Shown here: positions 13,561 through 14,702 of the stretch, in pieces | How positions within the stretch are numbered: the first letter of the stretch is position 1 | How the letters are laid out: every line of letters begins with the position of its first letter | Notes under the pieces: generated by a model | What the model was told of the DNA's origin: nothing | Database searches by the model: none | The model's input: only the letters and a program-made list of their open reading frames with translations | Translations under genes and position numbers: made by a program | Source of the DNA: Nanopusillaceae archaeon | GTDB taxonomy: Archaea > Nanobdellota > Nanobdellia > Nanobdellales > Nanobdellaceae | Assembly: GCA_049973735.1 (NCBI GenBank) | Contig: JBMFJL010000009.1 | Span: forward strand, 1 to 14,702 | Reading direction: 5' to 3' | Length of the DNA stretch: 14,702 nt

Positions 13561-14702
13561 TTACATGAACATATTTTTATCTACAGAGTTTATTATGACA
13601 TAATTTCCTTCATATATAACCTTTTCTACTATTTTTGCAAATTCATCAATATCTTTACTTTTTACATTAAGCATTCTATCTATAAGCTCTCTATAATAGT
13701 CTTCGTATAATTTTCCTGTATGCGGATATAATAATGCATCTTCCCATATTTTTTCATTTAAATTAAACATCATATCATAATTATTCAATATATGGTTATT
13801 TACAACATTTTTTATATATTTTTCATCTATGCTTTTCATTTCATTTAAAAATTCTTCTATAGCTTTATTTATTAAATTTATTTTATATCCATTTATTCTC
13901 TCTAAGAAAAAGCTCAATATTACTTCGTCATCATAATGTACTGTAAAATTTATAGTTGCATTAAAAGATATATTATATTTTTTAACTAAGATATTGTCTA
14001 ATAACTTATTCTTACCATAAGTAAATAAAAATATTAAGGGATCATATTCAGAAAATTTCTTTTTATCTATACTTATTGAGAAAGCATAGTAACTAAAGTC
14101 AGGTCTTGAAGTACGATCAACAATATTCATACCTTTATCTTTGCTAGGATTCTTTAATTTATCTCTTTTTCCTTCAAATTTTGAAAAATAATCTACCAAT
14201 AAATTAACATCATTCTCATCTACATTTCCTTCTAAAAATATTGTTAAATTATCTGGAGTATAATATTTTCTCTTATATTCTTCCAATAATTCCTTATTAA
14301 TATTTTTTATAGTATTTTCATATCCAAAGATTTGTTCTCCATAATCTGAATAGCCATATACAGATAGTGGTATTAAATGCATAGTTTTTTTAAATCCAGA
14401 AGCATTAATATTTTCAATTATATTCTTTATATGTAATCTTACTTCTTCTATTTCTTCATCTTTAAATTGTAAATTTGTTACACAATTATATAAAACATCT
14501 ATAACATCTTTAAATTTATTTTTAACAGTTAGAATCTTAAAAATACTATCGGATTTTTTCATAATAACATCATAAATACTCCCATTATCCCCCAATATTT
14601 CTTTTATGTCGTTTTTACTATATTTTTTATTAGATTTAAATATAAGGAAATTTACAAAGCTAGATATTCCTCTATACTCTTTTTCCTCATAGATAGGCCC
14701 TT
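13561..14702 (-). CDS. M16 (pitrilysin/insulinase)-family peptidase homolog, N-terminus beyond the window edge, zinc motif degenerate
   Basis: The track ORF starts at TTG 14595. My hand translation shows the frame stays open to nt 14702: ...GPIYEEKEYRGISSFVNFLIFKSNKKYSKNDIKEILGDNGSIYDV... This aligns to the M16 N-terminal signature G.r.E....G.aHFLEHmlFKGTkk.s...i.e.....G...NA. HFLEH is replaced by SFVNF (nt 14647-14661). The length and the bilobal layout of the remaining 344 aa fit M16/M16_C. Confidence 0.72.
   Translation of the reverse strand, partial: GPIYEEKEYRGISSFVNFLIFKSNKKYSKNDIKEILGDNGSIYDVIMKKSDSIFKILTVKNKFKDVIDVLYNCVTNLQFKDEEIEEVRLHIKNIIENINASGFKKTMHLIPLSVYGYSDYGEQIFGYENTIKNINKELLEEYKRKYYTPDNLTIFLEGNVDENDVNLLVDYFSKFEGKRDKLKNPSKDKGMNIVDRTSRPDFSYYAFSISIDKKKFSEYDPLIFLFTYGKNKLLDNILVKKYNISFNATINFTVHYDDEVILSFFLERINGYKINLINKAIEEFLNEMKSIDEKYIKNVVNNHILNNYDMMFNLNEKIWEDALLYPHTGKLYEDYYRELIDRMLNVKSKDIDEFAKIVEKVIYEGNYVIINSVDKNMFM

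Noticed and set aside
14593-14595. TTG start codon for the M16-like gene, as given in the ORF track
   Set aside because: The reading frame remains open upstream to the window edge, and the upstream residues align with the M16 N-terminal signature. The true start is therefore outside the window.
1-14702. Search for CRISPR arrays, tRNA/rRNA genes, IS elements, integrases and long tandem repeats
   Set aside because: I found no regularly spaced repeats, no GC-rich 70-120-nt islands of the kind structural RNAs form in AT-rich thermophile genomes, and no transposase- or integrase-like ORFs. All sizeable ORFs are accounted for.

Overview
This is an AT-rich archaeal chromosome segment (by eye about 25-30% G+C, not computed). 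It is about 95% coding by my tally of the gaps, and the longest spacer is 197 nt. Most genes are information-processing or housekeeping genes:
- a tight minus-strand uS13-uS4-Cbf5-RNase HII operon
- PCNA, an archaeal histone and endonuclease III
- an AlaX-type tRNA editing protein
- a single-domain KaiC-like ATPase followed by an HTH protein and an ATP-cone protein
- an AIM24/TIGR00266-family protein
- an M16-peptidase homolog that runs off the right edge

Three features suggest a Nanoarchaeota/DPANN-like thermophile with a reduced genome, by inference only: the scrambled ribosomal-protein context (no S11 or RpoD after S4), K/I/E/N-rich proteins, and a histone with a 4-residue loop-L1 insertion. 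I saw no rRNA, tRNA, CRISPR array, IS element, integrase or obvious pseudogene.

The most interesting content is at the centre of the window, a co-directional cassette:
- a HerA-like FtsK/HerA-superfamily ATPase (5462-7078)
- a 107-aa orphan ORF overlapping the herA 3' end by 23 nt (7056-7379)
- an 864-aa SF2 DEAH helicase with a C-terminal DUF1998/MrfA-type Cys cluster (7415-10009)
- possibly a 71-aa two-TM protein (10044-10259)

No NurA, Mre11, Rad50 or recognisable nuclease or effector accompanies it. As far as I know, a HerA plus DUF1998-helicase pairing is not a described system. Secondary candidates are:
- the KaiC-like/HTH/ATP-cone trio
- a 203-aa orphan next to the histone
- an M16 homolog with a destroyed HxxEH motif
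- an AlaX with a Cys-to-Asp change in its second zinc motif
- a 197-nt unexplained spacer
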